Positions 52,100-64,000 of a stretch of DNA of 64,000 nt are shown in pieces. The stretch's first letter is position 1. Every line of letters starts with the position of its first letter. The position numbers and the translations under genes are program-made. A model generated the notes under the pieces. It did not search any database. It was given only the letters and a program-made list of their open reading frames with translations, and was not told where the DNA came from. This DNA is from Octopus bimaculoides (taxonomy: Eukaryota): positions 79,271,689-79,335,688 of the forward strand of contig NC_068981.1 in NCBI RefSeq assembly GCF_001194135.2. The letters are read 5' to 3'.

Positions 52100-52240
52100 A
52101 ATTTTGAAAATCTTTTTAGATTACGGAATGCCCTGTGCTCTCATGTATCCATGCTTAAAACTTCAGTGCGATCGGATGAACAATACTCGAGTTATAAACG
52201 CACAAACAGACAGACAGAATGGGATTTATATATTAGATAT
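52100..52240 (+). mobile_element. Helitron/HINE-like non-autonomous 3' remnant
   Basis: AAACTTCAG..GATCGGATGAAC..GAGTTATA..ACAAACAGACAGACAG..TTTATATATTAGAT resembles ends I recall for HINE/DINE-1-like elements. Confidence 0.35.
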
Positions 52241-53285
52241 ACAGTATATCATTTGTAGAAAACATAAATCTGAAAGAAGAAGCACACTCTAAGCCGGTTT
52301 ATGGAATTACATTAGGTTTCCCGTCCAAAAAGGATTTGGCGTTGTGGCGTATCGTCAGATCCCAAAAACCTGATAGCCCATCACACTATCCATTTGTAAT
52401 AACAAAATATGAACTCCTATCGGAATTTACATACCATGGACAAGAAGCCTTTTTACCCATTCTACACAGCACATTTCCTGGATAACGGAACAGCAGCTTT
52501 AACATCCAACATATATTTTTATTTTCACATTTCCCCTTTATACTTCCTATATCTCTCCCTTTCCAAAATAACTTCTTATATTGAACTCTGCTATTTCCTT
52601 CTAGTTCTCTCTCATATCGTCTCTGATGATGGGATATCTTTTATATCCCTGAAACAGCTGTAAGACTACCTTTCTTTTTATAAATGTCCTATAAATTTCA
52701 TATTGCTTTGGTTTTGTTGGCTCATTTTATTTAACACACATACACACATGCCAACATTCATACTGTGGGGTTTCTATATACGAACATAATCCGTTCCAAG
52801 CCTCACTCTAATCTCCGCATAAATGTCATATCAGTCAATTCACCAATAGTAAATACACACACACGTACGTACATACATACATACAAACATACATACATAC
52901 ATGCATGCATACATACACACATTAAATACCTGGGTGCGTGCGCGCGTTTTTCATTGTTTTGCCTATGTTGATCTATTGATAAGTTTAACAAAAAATAAAA
53001 TATGAAAACATGCAAGCTACTGGAAATTCGTACATGGTTTTCCCAGCCACGTATATGCGCGCGTAATTCATTCGTAGTTTAAATTTCGTTTACTGAATAT
53101 ATATATTCGTTCATCACATTTCAGGTTATGCGAGTTAAATTTTCTTTAAAAAAAAAACGGTTGTTATTCAATTTGTTCGTACAGAGAACCGTTGGTGTAT
53201 GAGCATGTGTATGTGTGTGTGTGTGTAATTTTCAAAGAACATACAAATGAAAGTACATAAGAAATACATATATTTGATCTTAACA

Positions 53286-53839
53286 GGATCTTTTTTAAAA
53301 CGGGGGCCACATTTTTCATTAATGTTTTACGTAGTGTTTTTGGTACCGAAAGACTTTCAAACTTCGTATACTTATCTATTTTGTGTTATAGAACAGAAAA
53401 ATAATTTTGTATTCGAATTTATTTCATGTAAAAAATTGTCTTATTTCGATAATTTCAACCAATCACTGACAAGTATTCAGTTGTTTATATTTACTCCTTT
53501 GGCTGATTAAGCCATAGCTTCGTTTTATTTGCTTTTTTCATTTTCTTTTTTTTTCTTCGTTTTATTTGCTTTTTTCTTTTTAAATTTGCTGTTTTACCCT
53601 AACCCTATCACCGATAGAATTGTTTCAGAATCGTTTGTTTATGTAGTCGGCACTTAATGTATATCGGCTGAATGGACGTCAGTGATTGGTTGAAATTACA
53701 GAAATACGACAACTTTAACATGGGATAACTTAGGGATTTCTGTTTTTTTAAAGAAGACTAAGAGAAAAAGATGTTTTATATGACACATTCTACCAGTGTT
53801 CCAAGTTTCAAAGTGTTTCGTTAATGAAAAATGTGGCCT
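53286..53839. mobile_element. Merlin-like MITE, copy 1 (one TIR truncated), inverted relative to copy 2
   Basis: GGATCTTTTTTAAAACGGGGGCCACATTTTTCATTAA at 53286; internal sequence is the reverse complement of 56637-57227. Confidence 0.7.
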
Positions 53840-54148
53840 CCTTAGTTTTGTTCTTTATAACAAATGAAAGTAATCTAAACTCACTGACCGACACAATCAC
53901 GAAATTCGTGTAATTTTATTGCATTGAAGCTCAACGCACTTCGATCATTTTTATGTGTCTGTGCTTTTCTGGGCAAGAGATATAGAGAGGAAGAGTCCAT
54001 TTCAAAACACCGACAATTTTTAATTAAAGTATCTTATTATTTTTTTTAATGTAGTTCGTTAACGAATGTCCTTGGAATTACTGATTCTGCTGTTTCAAAT
54101 GCTGTTCGTGTCACCGATAATAGCAAACCTCTCTCAGCTTTGTTTTTA

Positions 54149-54378
54149 TTGGGTTGTCTGGAAAGTTTGTGCCGATTTATAGTAGCTTACCTTTCGACTT
54201 ATTTGCCATGAAACCACCTCAGTTCAGGGAAGAGGGTATTTTCAAGTTAAAGGAAAGATGGAGACGCATTGTGCAACAAAATGGTTCATATTTGGTTGAT
54301 TAAAAATGTAATGGCAAGTATTTATTGACCTTTTTTTTTTCCCTTTAAAAATCGGCACGAACTTTCCGGACAACCCAA
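54149..54378 (+). mobile_element. Internally deleted mariner (230 bp)
   Basis: TA|TTGGGTTGTCTGGAAAGTTTGTGCCGATTT ... AAATCGGCACGAACTTTCCGGACAACCCAA|TA. It retains the transposase tail FAMKPPQFREEGIFKLKERWRRIVQQNGSYLVD*. Confidence 0.88.
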
Positions 54379-56582
54379 TAGATATGAGTTATATCTTCTG
54401 TGTCGTCGACTTCACCACCACAAATAAAAATAGCATGGGAAGAAGTTTTTCAATCCAAACAAGGAAGGCTATACAGTTATGCCAACCAGTCAACCAGCCA
54501 GCCAATCAACCAGCCAATCAACCAGCCAATCAACCAGCCAGCCAGCCAGCCAGATACACCAGTCAACAAAGTCTCTACGTCAGTCATGGGCGAATTGAAT
54601 GGCACACATCAGTTTTTTTAGTAACATAACCTGCCTAATAACACCGGTGAACAAGTATTTTTCATCAAGCATATGTCAAGGTGTACCAAGTGTAGTTTTT
54701 AATGCTGATTTCAAATATACAATTAGACGTACAGTTTTCAAGATGAGAAAGTTTTTTGGTTTTAGCTCATGCTTTATATAGAAATTCCAATTAATGTCAT
54801 GTATGCATGTATTTCATTTACATCATGGAAGCATACCTTTAAAATAAACTTCATTATTCATTGCTGCATATATTTCAGATGCAATATTTCACCATCTTAA
54901 ATTAACCAATCAGGTCTGATGAAATAGGTATTTCAACATCTCAAATTGTCCAGTCAGAATTGGTCTGATGAAATATTTCATCATCTCAAATTCAATATAA
55001 GTATAACCGTTTGTATCTATTTCCTTACTTCTTTTATAGTGTTAACGATGTCAAGAGAGTATAGAAATCGTCTATAGAGAGTATAGAAATCTATAGAGAG
55101 TATAGAAATCGTCTATAGAGAGTATAGAAATCTGGACAATTTATTGTGAAAGCTCAAAGACGTACAATAACACCAGAGATCAAGAAGATTTATAAGCTAC
55201 ACTTTGACTGTCCTCTTGCAGATCAGGGCAAGTTATGGGCACCACATTTTATCTGCTCAGCTTGCTCAAATGGTTTACGTGACTGGTTCAATAATAATAA
55301 TAAGTCCATGCCTTTTGCCATTCCAATGATATGGAGGGAGCCGAAAGACCATTTTATTTTTGCAAAGTAAATGTCACAGAATTTCTATGAAAAATAAACA
55401 CAAAATTGTGTATCCCAAATTGGATTCTACAACGAGACCTGTGCCTTACAATGGAAGTCTGCCAATTCCAGTTCCACCAGATGATAGTATTGAAACATCA
55501 GACGATGATGCTGACTGTCACGATAGCTTTGAACCTCAGAAATTTTCCCGAGCTGAAATGAATGACCTTGTCAGAGACCTATCCCTCTCAAAAGATAAAG
55601 CAGAACTGTTGGCATCAAGACTGAAGAAGTATCTGCTAGAGCACGGTGTCCGTATAACTTATTTTCGGCAGAGAAATGTGGTTCTACAAACGTGTTTTTC
55701 TTTTACAGTAACATCGATGGACTTTTCAAATGATTATCACAAAATCATGAACCTACAGAGTGGCGTTTGTTTATTGACACTTCAAAACGAAGTTTAAAAG
55801 CTGTAGTTCTCCATAATGGTAATTTGAAGCCCTCCATTCCTATTGCACACTCCGTTCATTTTCATGAATTATATGAGAATATAGAACTTTTACTTCATGC
55901 CATTGCCTATGAAAGATACACATGGAAAATATGTGGAGATTTAAAAGTCATTAGAATGTTAATGGGAATGCAGTCAAGTTTCAGAAAATACTGTTGTTTC
56001 TTGTGTCTATGGGATAGTCGGGCAACTGACAGATATTATTCAGAATCAAACTAGCAGACAAGAACATCATACCAGCCAGGACTATCTAGCGTCAAGAATA
56101 CACCTCTTGTAGATCCATGTAATGTCCTATTGCCTCATTTGAACATAAAACTTGGACTGATGAAACAGTTTGTAAAGACACTAGCGAAGAGAAATGCCAG
56201 AGGATTTGAGTATATTGTAGAAAAGTTTCCCAAAATCACGCAGGCGAAGTTGAAAGAGGGTATCTTTGTCGGACCCCAACTTAGAGAAGTACTCAAAGAT
56301 GTCAACTTCAAGACAACACTGGATGAACTGGAACTGCCTGCATGGAATGCTTTCAATTGGATCTGTGAGAATTTCTTGAGCAGCAAGAAGGCAATGGACT
56401 ACAAGGATGACATCAAGAATCTTCTGAAATGTTACTCAAAAATGGGTTGTCGCATGTCACTGAAAGTTCACTTCCTGGACTGCCATCTGGCTTTCTTCGC
56501 AGATAATCTTGGAGGAGTGTCTGACGAACATGGTAAAAGATTTCACCAGGACATTAGTGCTATGGAGAAACGGTACGAAGGC

Positions 56583-57851
56583 TTCAGGAATTGAGACTTA
56601 CCAACTTCGTTCAGCAGTATTACGGCAACCTCCTTCGGATCTTTTTTAAAACGGGGGCCACATTTTTCATTAACGAAACACTTTGAAACTTGGAACACTG
56701 GTAGAATGTGTCATATAAAACATCTTTTTCTCTTAGTCTTCTTTAAAAAAAAAGAAATCCATAAATTATTCCATGTTAAAGTTGTCGTATTTCTGTAATT
56801 TCAACCAATCACTGACGTCCATTCAGCCGATATACATTAAGTGCCGACTACATAAACAAACGATTCTGAAACAATTAACCCTAACCCTAACTCTAACCCT
56901 AACCCTAACCCTAGGGTTAGAGTTAGGGTTAGGGTTAGGGTTAGGGTTAGGGTTAAAGCAAATTTAAAATGAAAAAAGCAAATAAAACGAAGAATCGTTT
57001 GTTTATGTAGTCGGCACTTAATATATATCGGCTGAATGGACGTCAGTGATTGGTTGAAATTATCGAAATAAGACAATTTTTTACATGAAATAAATTCGAA
57101 TACAAAAATAGTTTTCTGTTCAATAACACAAAATAGATAAGTATACGAAGTTTGAAAGTCTTTCGGTACCAAAAGCACTACGTAAAACATTAATGAAAAA
57201 TGTGGCCCCCGTTTTAAAAAAAGATCCCCTCCTTCTTCGTTGCCACCATCATGTCCTTAACGTCGTTAACATCATCTCTCTAAGTACACGACTCAGCAAG
57301 CAACTCGCCCAGGTTCCAACATTTCCCTGTTCGTGAATTATTTCACTACGGATCAACAACGAATATACAACCTGTATGAACTCCTGTATCAAGTGACCCA
57401 GAAGGCAGCATCACATAGACGACTTCACGGACATGTACCTGTAATCGGCTCAGCATTATGGCCGTGACTTCTTGATACAGTATTTCAACCACGGTGTACG
57501 ACTGACTACGAACTGGTATTATTCATCCTTCTTGTGCCTATGAACTTACTTCTCACTTCGATGGCTCATGGACTTTTTCACTGTCTCCTTCTTCATTGCC
57601 ATCCTTATATGTTCTTAACACGCGCATACATTTTGTTCTCATGACGGCCTGTCTATTATTCTGTATACATGATGCACACACAGACACACATGTTAACATG
57701 TCAATAAATGTTCTCTTAATCATTCTATTCGGCTGTGTTTCTTTTCCCCTCAGACACTTGTATGTTTTATCTAATTCTCTTTATTGTAACGACCGTGTGA
57801 TATGGTACAAAGGTGCCATCCTCGTCATCTCACATTACACAGTCCCTTACA
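56583..57851 (+). mobile_element. LTR-like insertion interrupting the Chapaev3 transposase C-terminus
   Basis: Non-transposase sequence between MEKRYEG and SLPDQEHRRK, ending in GTCCCTTACA like 13959. The left boundary is approximate. Confidence 0.5.
56637..57227. mobile_element. Merlin-like MITE, copy 2, complete, with inverted telomeric repeats inside
   Basis: TIRs of ~37 bp GGATCTTTTTTAAAACGGGGGCCACATTTTTCATTAA / TTAATGAAAAATGTGGCCCCCGTTTTAAAAAAAGATCC, and a perfect 8-bp TSD CCTCCTTC (56629-56636 and 57228-57235). GG ends with an 8-bp TSD fit Merlin/IS1016; hAT or P cannot be excluded. Confidence 0.75.
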
Positions 57852-60800
57852 ACAGTTTACCAGATCAGGAACATCGCAGGAAACCCAAATCACAATGTTT
57901 CTAACTCCGTTGTTCTTACTTTGTCTGTTTTGTCTGACCCATTTTTTGTATATTCACTCTTTGTAGAATGATAGTGATGATTTTTAACTCAATAAACTCA
58001 TTTACCTTCTAAACATAATATGACCTTATTTATTATGTTAATGATTTCATATATACAAATATGTAAATATTTTCATGTTTCTACCGAGAACCTGATACGT
58101 ACTGCATACAAATTGAGTGAAATTTTGAAATCAGCATGAAAAATTTGTTTATAATTGTTGGTTTGCATTCATAATGAGTAGAATACATTTAATTTTGTTG
58201 ACCAGTGAAATGAGCCATGTATCATGCATCCCGCTTCTCGAAAACGGTTACCCATGCCTGCTTTACGTGTTCAATTAACTTACGAAAATAAAAAGCAGTG
58301 AAATCTCCCTACTGCCTTAAAAAGAGGATCTGAAACATTGGTTAATGCAGTCCTAGATAGACTATACCAAAAATATGATGAAATAATCATGACTGGAATA
58401 CTTTTGACCATAGGCTTACTTGACTAGGGCTGACTCAAGCTAATCAACAGCAATAATCGAATAGTGCTTGCTTGGACCGCGGCCATGCTTAGGCACCACT
58501 TTGAAGGGATTTAGTCGAACAAATCGACCCTAGTACTTAGTTTTAAAGCTTGATTCTTACTCTATCAGTGTCTTTTGCCGAACCGCTAAATTACGGAGTT
58601 GGTAGCCAAAAGCTTAATGAATCTTGATACCCCATACGTCAAAAACGGCAACTTGGTTTTGAAATACATATGGAATATACGCGCGCGCACACACACACGC
58701 AAACTCTCTTATATATATATAAGACCATCACATGAATTTCACGTAAAACCAAACAAGCGTTGCAAAAAATAATTTTTGTTTACTTAGAATTAATTTATCA
58801 TTACTGTAAAACATCAAATTTTGTGTTTTTAACGTTTTAAAATGATAATGGTTGAGCTTACATTCGTTGCGAATTTATGATGACAATACATTTGGATCGT
58901 ACCTGCAAAGTTTTATAAGCGTACTTTTCGAAGTGCCTGCAGTACATTAAATCCAGATACAACTCATTCGCAAGGTAAGATGTACCTGCGTGATATCGTT
59001 GGAAAGACCATAAGACATAGCATGTCATGGATCGAAGATTTACTTCAGATTAGTTTTCATGCGACTCTTTTGTCCCGACAAATTCGGCCACTGAATTTCA
59101 TCGTGTTTGCATATTTTGTGATTCCGTTACAGCAAACATCGAAAACTTTTGTTGCGTCCACAAATTATGGATTAAATTACGTCGCCCTTTTTGCTAAGAA
59201 AACAAAAATGTTTTAGTGATATTCCTGTCTCCATGTTATATGTACAGGCCGTGACAGAATCACACAGTTCTATGTGACTCACAGAAACTCTGTGAAACAA
59301 GCATACCTGCTTCCTAGGGTTTTTTCTGTTCTGTTAGACTGTTCTGAATTGTCATATTTAAACAATCATGTTTATCATTCATCTTTTTGTTCAGATTGAA
59401 CACGGAGAAAGCAGCAGTTGAACAGTAGAAGAGCGTGGATGAAAAACAGCTGAATAGAAAGTAGATGAAAAACACCTGTGTCTCTGACGAAGCATATAAA
59501 GCAACGAAACCTTCACGAAGACAGCAGCTCGTTTACAAATAATGAAAGCGCATTAAACTACCAATGAGCAAGCACAGGTTCGCATGTGTTACCCGAATGA
59601 GGAAGTCACCGTCTATTCTCCTTATGTATGCGAATCAAGTACCAGTAAGGCCAGAAGCTAGAGCGTTCCGTGCGCTTCCTATAAGTGACGGAAAGGAGTT
59701 TTCATAAATAAAGATACATTCACGCAACTTGTCTTTCTTGTGCGATTTCGTCATGCGATTTCGTCATGCAATTTCAATTAACGATTACTAATTAAATACC
59801 ATTTGTCTTCATTGTTTTTGCAATAATCATTCCAATAGGTTATGCTTGTCAGTACAAAAACATCATCGTGACATTTTTGGAAAATAACTTGAAAATAAGA
59901 CACTAAATCCTGAAAATGCCTCGCAAGTGGTAATTCTGTCACACTGGAATTTATAATCACACAAACTTTCAACCACCTTGTCATCCCAATTGATTTCCGA
60001 ATCTTTCTTTTATGGTTGTGTAACGAATAGTTTTCTACATTCTAAACCAGGAATCGAAACCGAATCTACATTTTTCAACAAGTTCTTTTCCTATTGTTCT
60101 CAGCTTTTACCTTAAGAAATTAATGTAAGTCAACTGTCACATTCAGTAAGGTTTTTATCGTCTAACCCATTCTTGGATTAGATAGGATCAGGAAGATAAG
60201 AGACGGAAAATGCTTTGTCGAGTATGATCTAATTTAGTTAGAAAAAATATAAATGCAGAACTCAAAATCTCTCTCTCTCTCTCTGATCACTTGGTGCGTA
60301 GCTGAAGAGCATCTATTTCTCTCCCTTCACTTATGGCTTGTCATCGCGCAACAATACAACTTTCACCCTATCTTCTTGTCAGGCCAAAGAGGTAGACTCT
60401 AACTCTTTCTCTCACTCCTTTTCCCATCAGTCTTCTATCAGTCAACAAAAGATGAATTTAACTACTTACAGATTGAATAACAGAAGGGCAAATTATCATT
60501 GTGTAACAACTCGAAAAAAGTTGTATCTTACATTATAACGATGAAAATAAATGACCATTTCAATTAATTAATAATGATTTTCTTCCTCTCATTTTAATGG
60601 CTACATGCTATCGGTATAGATGCGTGGTGAACCCTAGAATTACTTAGACAGTTTGTAGTAGACATATGATGAGGAGTGTTAATTTCAACGAAGAAGTGTG
60701 TGTATCTAAACCTTGTAAAATATTCTAAATAACAACAAACCAAATAATTTTCATCGTTGAGATGAGTCAGAGGAGGCTGGATGATATTTTGTCAGCCAGC

Positions 60801-62142
60801 AACAGGTTGATTCACATGTTGATAATGATAAGAATCTTGAACAATAGGATGCCTCCTAAAGGCAGCTGTCATCTAGCTGGAGAATAATATTTTCTTTAGT
60901 CATCTGTCCTTAAGTTACAGGTGATCAAATCAGTGTGGCCTTTTACCTTTGATTGCCACCTCGACAAGAACTAACAATGATTAATCACCAGGTCTACGAC
61001 ATGTACATGTATTTCTTCACAGCCAATGAATGACAATCACTTGTCTGAATATTGGAGAAACTTACATGCATCTAATATTAATACTTAACAAAAAAGATGT
61101 CTTGAGAAAAGTACTTTATATTTACACAAACTTCCCTGTACAAAGACGGGAATTCTGTGGATCAAGAGAAAAAGTTGAATGAGAGAGAGAGAGGGGGGNN
61201 NNNNNNNNNNNNNNNNNNNNNNNNNNNNNNNNNNNNNNNNNNNNNNNNNNNNNNNNNNNNNNNNNNNNNNNNNNNNNNNNNNNNNNNNNNNNNNNNNNNN
61301 NNNNNNNNNNNNNNNNNNNNNNNNNNNNNNNNNNNNNNNNGACTACCTTCTCCGCGTTAATATTGACAAAGAATATTGACCGATGACATTCTGTTCATTT
61401 TTATTCGATTTGAGTTTTGAAATAAACTCGTTGATATTAAACATATTTAATTAGGTGCTACTACATTTGGATGATTGCTTTCGTTTGTTGTCCTCTGTGG
61501 ATTTAATTACATTTAGGATTAACTGCAGATATATTTTCAAATAAAATTGTACATGATTAAACTGATTCGGTAGATAAGCTTTTGAAAATTGCTGTACCTA
61601 ATTTGTAAACTAAAAATAGGTTTGTGTTGTGTTTTTGAGAATGAAAATTATTATTATTATTTTTCAATGACAAGCACATCAGAAATAAATAAGTACTTGT
61701 TGGGTGAGTTGTCACGAAAATAAAGTGTTTCATAACTAACTAAACTATCATCTGTCCAAATACACACAATACACAAACTACCTTTTATACAAGTAGACAC
61801 GCGTGCGCGCATAAACAAACTAGCTTTTATACAGACACACACACACATATACACACTCATGACAAACAACGAACAAGAGTACAAAGTATAAAATAATATA
61901 CCTTGAGGGCAAAACAGGAGAATTGGCTTTCGGACATTGGTCTTTCGCCTTTAGACCCGCATCACGTATAAACAGAGAAAGAAGCGAACAGTACATGAGA
62001 TTTAACTGACCTTTAAACAACTGGAGGTGTTTGTTCCAGGTGTATTAGAAACTGTAATCTTTTTTTTACTGACACAAAGTTATCAAAAACAATGATTGGA
62101 GGATAAAAATTAATTAATGAACTATTGTTTGATAAGAACAGG

Positions 62143-62227
62143 ATGGATCGAGAAATTTTCACGAACGAAGAACCAACGGCTTCTGTGATGAACAGTCGCG
62201 AAATTCAAGGCTCGATTTCGAGATATG
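62143..62227 (+). other. Possible first coding exon of a downstream gene
   Basis: CpG-retaining ATG-initiated MDREIFTNEEPTASVMNSREIQGSISRY followed by G|GTAAAA and T-rich intron-like sequence. I found no matching downstream exon and recognise no homology. Confidence 0.18.
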
Positions 62228-64000
62228 GTAAAACATTTCTCTCATTTATTCTTCTTTCATCCTTCCGAGGTTTTGTTCATAGCTTTATCATTCTTATTTT
62301 AACTTGTTTTTGTTTTGTTTCGATGAATTTGTTTTTGTCTTTTATGTTCATGTAGTTCGTTATGACTTAATAGTTTGCAAGATTTAGTATCGTATACTAT
62401 GGACTGTTAAAAAGATTATTTACGTAATATTTTCGATGCTACAGAATTGGAACAGGCGGAACATTCTAAACTTTTAATTGTTCAAACACACACACACACA
62501 CGTGTACGATGATCCTCAATCAATGAGAATGTAGAAATGCATTTTCATTTCTATTGTACATTTCAAGTCTCGACTTCGATCGACTTTACCTGTCATTATT
62601 TCTATATACAATAAAGTATGTACTTGACAAAAACTAAGATCGTTTAAATCGAATTTACCTTGTAAGAGTCTTGCACCAATGTTACAAATATTTATAAACA
62701 TTCAAAATCTTATCATTCAAGTACTGAAGGGATTTAATCAACAATACCCCTAATACCTACCCCACATCAAAATGTCTGGCTTTGTGCCTATATTAGAAAT
62801 CATTATTATTTGTTATATTCGCAAATTTTATAAATATATATATCTTCATATTTATAAATATTATTTTCCTTAACATGTTTTGCTTTTTTTCATTATCACA
62901 TAAAACAAACTTGAAAGTTGGTGGGACTATTTGGATAAGAAATCTGTGTGAAGTGATATTTGTGTCTTATTTTAATATTAGGGACCCTGTACAAGTTAAT
63001 TGATATCAAATGATCGACCGTAGTTTTGGTGTAATAAATTGTAGGATATTACTATCATAGTTTTCTGAATATCTGCTATACTCAGTAATATCTACACTAC
63101 AGTTCGATATTCGATCGTAATCAGTCGTTTTATTTCTGGTTATGTACAAGATCCCAGGCTGGGACGATGTATCTAGTTATGACATTTAATTTAGCTCATA
63201 CATAATCAATTGTAGGATATATTTTTTCTCGACCATAGTTTTTAAGCTAAATTACAACTCCATCCTTATATCTCGGGGTTTAAGCTCCTAAATAGAAAAT
63301 TTTCAAATCGGAAAATATGTTGGTTGATTCTTGGTGCATGCAAAGATATGCATCTTTCAGAAAAGTTACGAAGAAACAAGTTCGCAGAGTAGGGTGTATA
63401 GAGCACTAAACTGTAATTATACTTCAGTGTTGTAGTCGGGTTGTAAAATAGCTGATGAATAACGACATTTGGTGGGCTGAGCGTTATGTTCACATTGACC
63501 ACACTAATAATGGTATTAGTTCTCATATATTTTTATTAACCTGGAACATTTGTATTTACATATATGAGACAGTTGAATAAATTGATCAGCATTCAAGAGA
63601 TAAATGAATGAAATAAGTACAAGTTAATCCTAAACTCCTAACCCTAACTTGCGAAACTTCATTTCCTCATAACTTTTTTTAATAACACATTTTGCATGCG
63701 TAAAAAAAATCAACGAACTTATTTTCCATTTTGAAAAATGTTTGTTTGTTAGCTGAGGCGTCACATCTCTCTCTGTACCTGGTTTACATTAACTCTTTCC
63801 TATTCAGATTATTATATCATATGTCATGCTTATTTATTCCCATTGTTTTTTAAAAAAACCTAAATCATCTCATACCTTCCAGATTTTGATGATGTGATTG
63901 TATAAAACACACATAGAATACTGCTCAAAGATCTGAAATGCTGCTTCTACACACATGCACACACTTAAACATTCAAAGGAAGTTCATCAAGTTGATAGGA

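Larger units (their letters stand above)
54642..58207 (+). mobile_element. Chapaev3-like (CMC superfamily) DNA transposon, both ends present, transposase inactivated
   Basis: Ends CACCGGTGAACAA / TTGTTGACCAGTG, flanked by TAA / AAA. Transposase pieces run from ATG 55048: LWAPHFICSAC, FIDTSKRSLKAVVLHNGN, ICGDLKV..CCFLCLWDSR, LPHLNIKLGLMKQFVK, SDEHGKRFHQDISAMEKRY. The C-terminal tail SLPDQEHRRKPKSQCF* lies after 57851. Family assignment is from recalled motifs. Confidence 0.8.

Noticed and set aside
55146-56594. Active or domesticated RAG-like recombinase gene
   Set aside because: Multiple frameshifts, a premature stop, a tandem expansion after the ATG and an insertion in the C-terminus, with TIRs still present; it is a dead transposon copy.
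56876-56955. Telomere-telomere fusion scar
   Set aside because: The orientation is CCCTAA then TTAGGG, the opposite of an end-to-end fusion, and it lies inside a MITE with TIRs and a TSD.
63266-63526. 86-aa minus-strand ORF as a gene
   Set aside because: No recognisable domain, no convincing splice context, and the length is within chance expectation.
63637-63648. Telomerase RNA template (CCTAACCCTAAC)
   Set aside because: An isolated motif in AT-rich sequence with no evident pseudoknot or H/ACA structure; such motifs also occur in repeats in this window.

Overview
This is an AT-rich, repeat-dense animal genomic window with six assembly gaps. It is almost certainly from an octopus, inferred from tRNA-derived SINE families I recognise as octopus-type; it is not prokaryotic, and I found no CRISPR array, rRNA or bona fide tRNA gene. 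One host gene is well supported: a six-exon + strand CLNS1A (pICln, methylosome subunit) at 31144-41260. It splices GT-AG throughout into an open 215-aa frame. The rest is mostly decayed transposable elements: hAT, Tc1/mariner, Tigger, Chapaev3-like, Merlin-like MITEs, Gypsy pol, L1/Tx1 and RTE LINE fragments, and dozens of SINEs. I cannot show a new biological system from sequence alone. The best leads are: (1) a ~2.3-kb foldback element in a four-level nest 414 bp upstream of the CLNS1A start codon; (2) a possible unannotated small transcription unit at 17.9-21.4 kb containing a pre-miRNA-like hairpin; (3) an orphan promoter-like motif cluster at 12.9-13.1 kb pointing at a hAT transposase; (4) a Chapaev3 > LTR-like > Merlin MITE nest carrying inverted telomere repeats; (5) inverted intronic repeats flanking CLNS1A exons 2-5, which predict dsRNA editing or a circRNA. 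Repeat boundaries were read by eye and are approximate unless a TIR or TSD is quoted.
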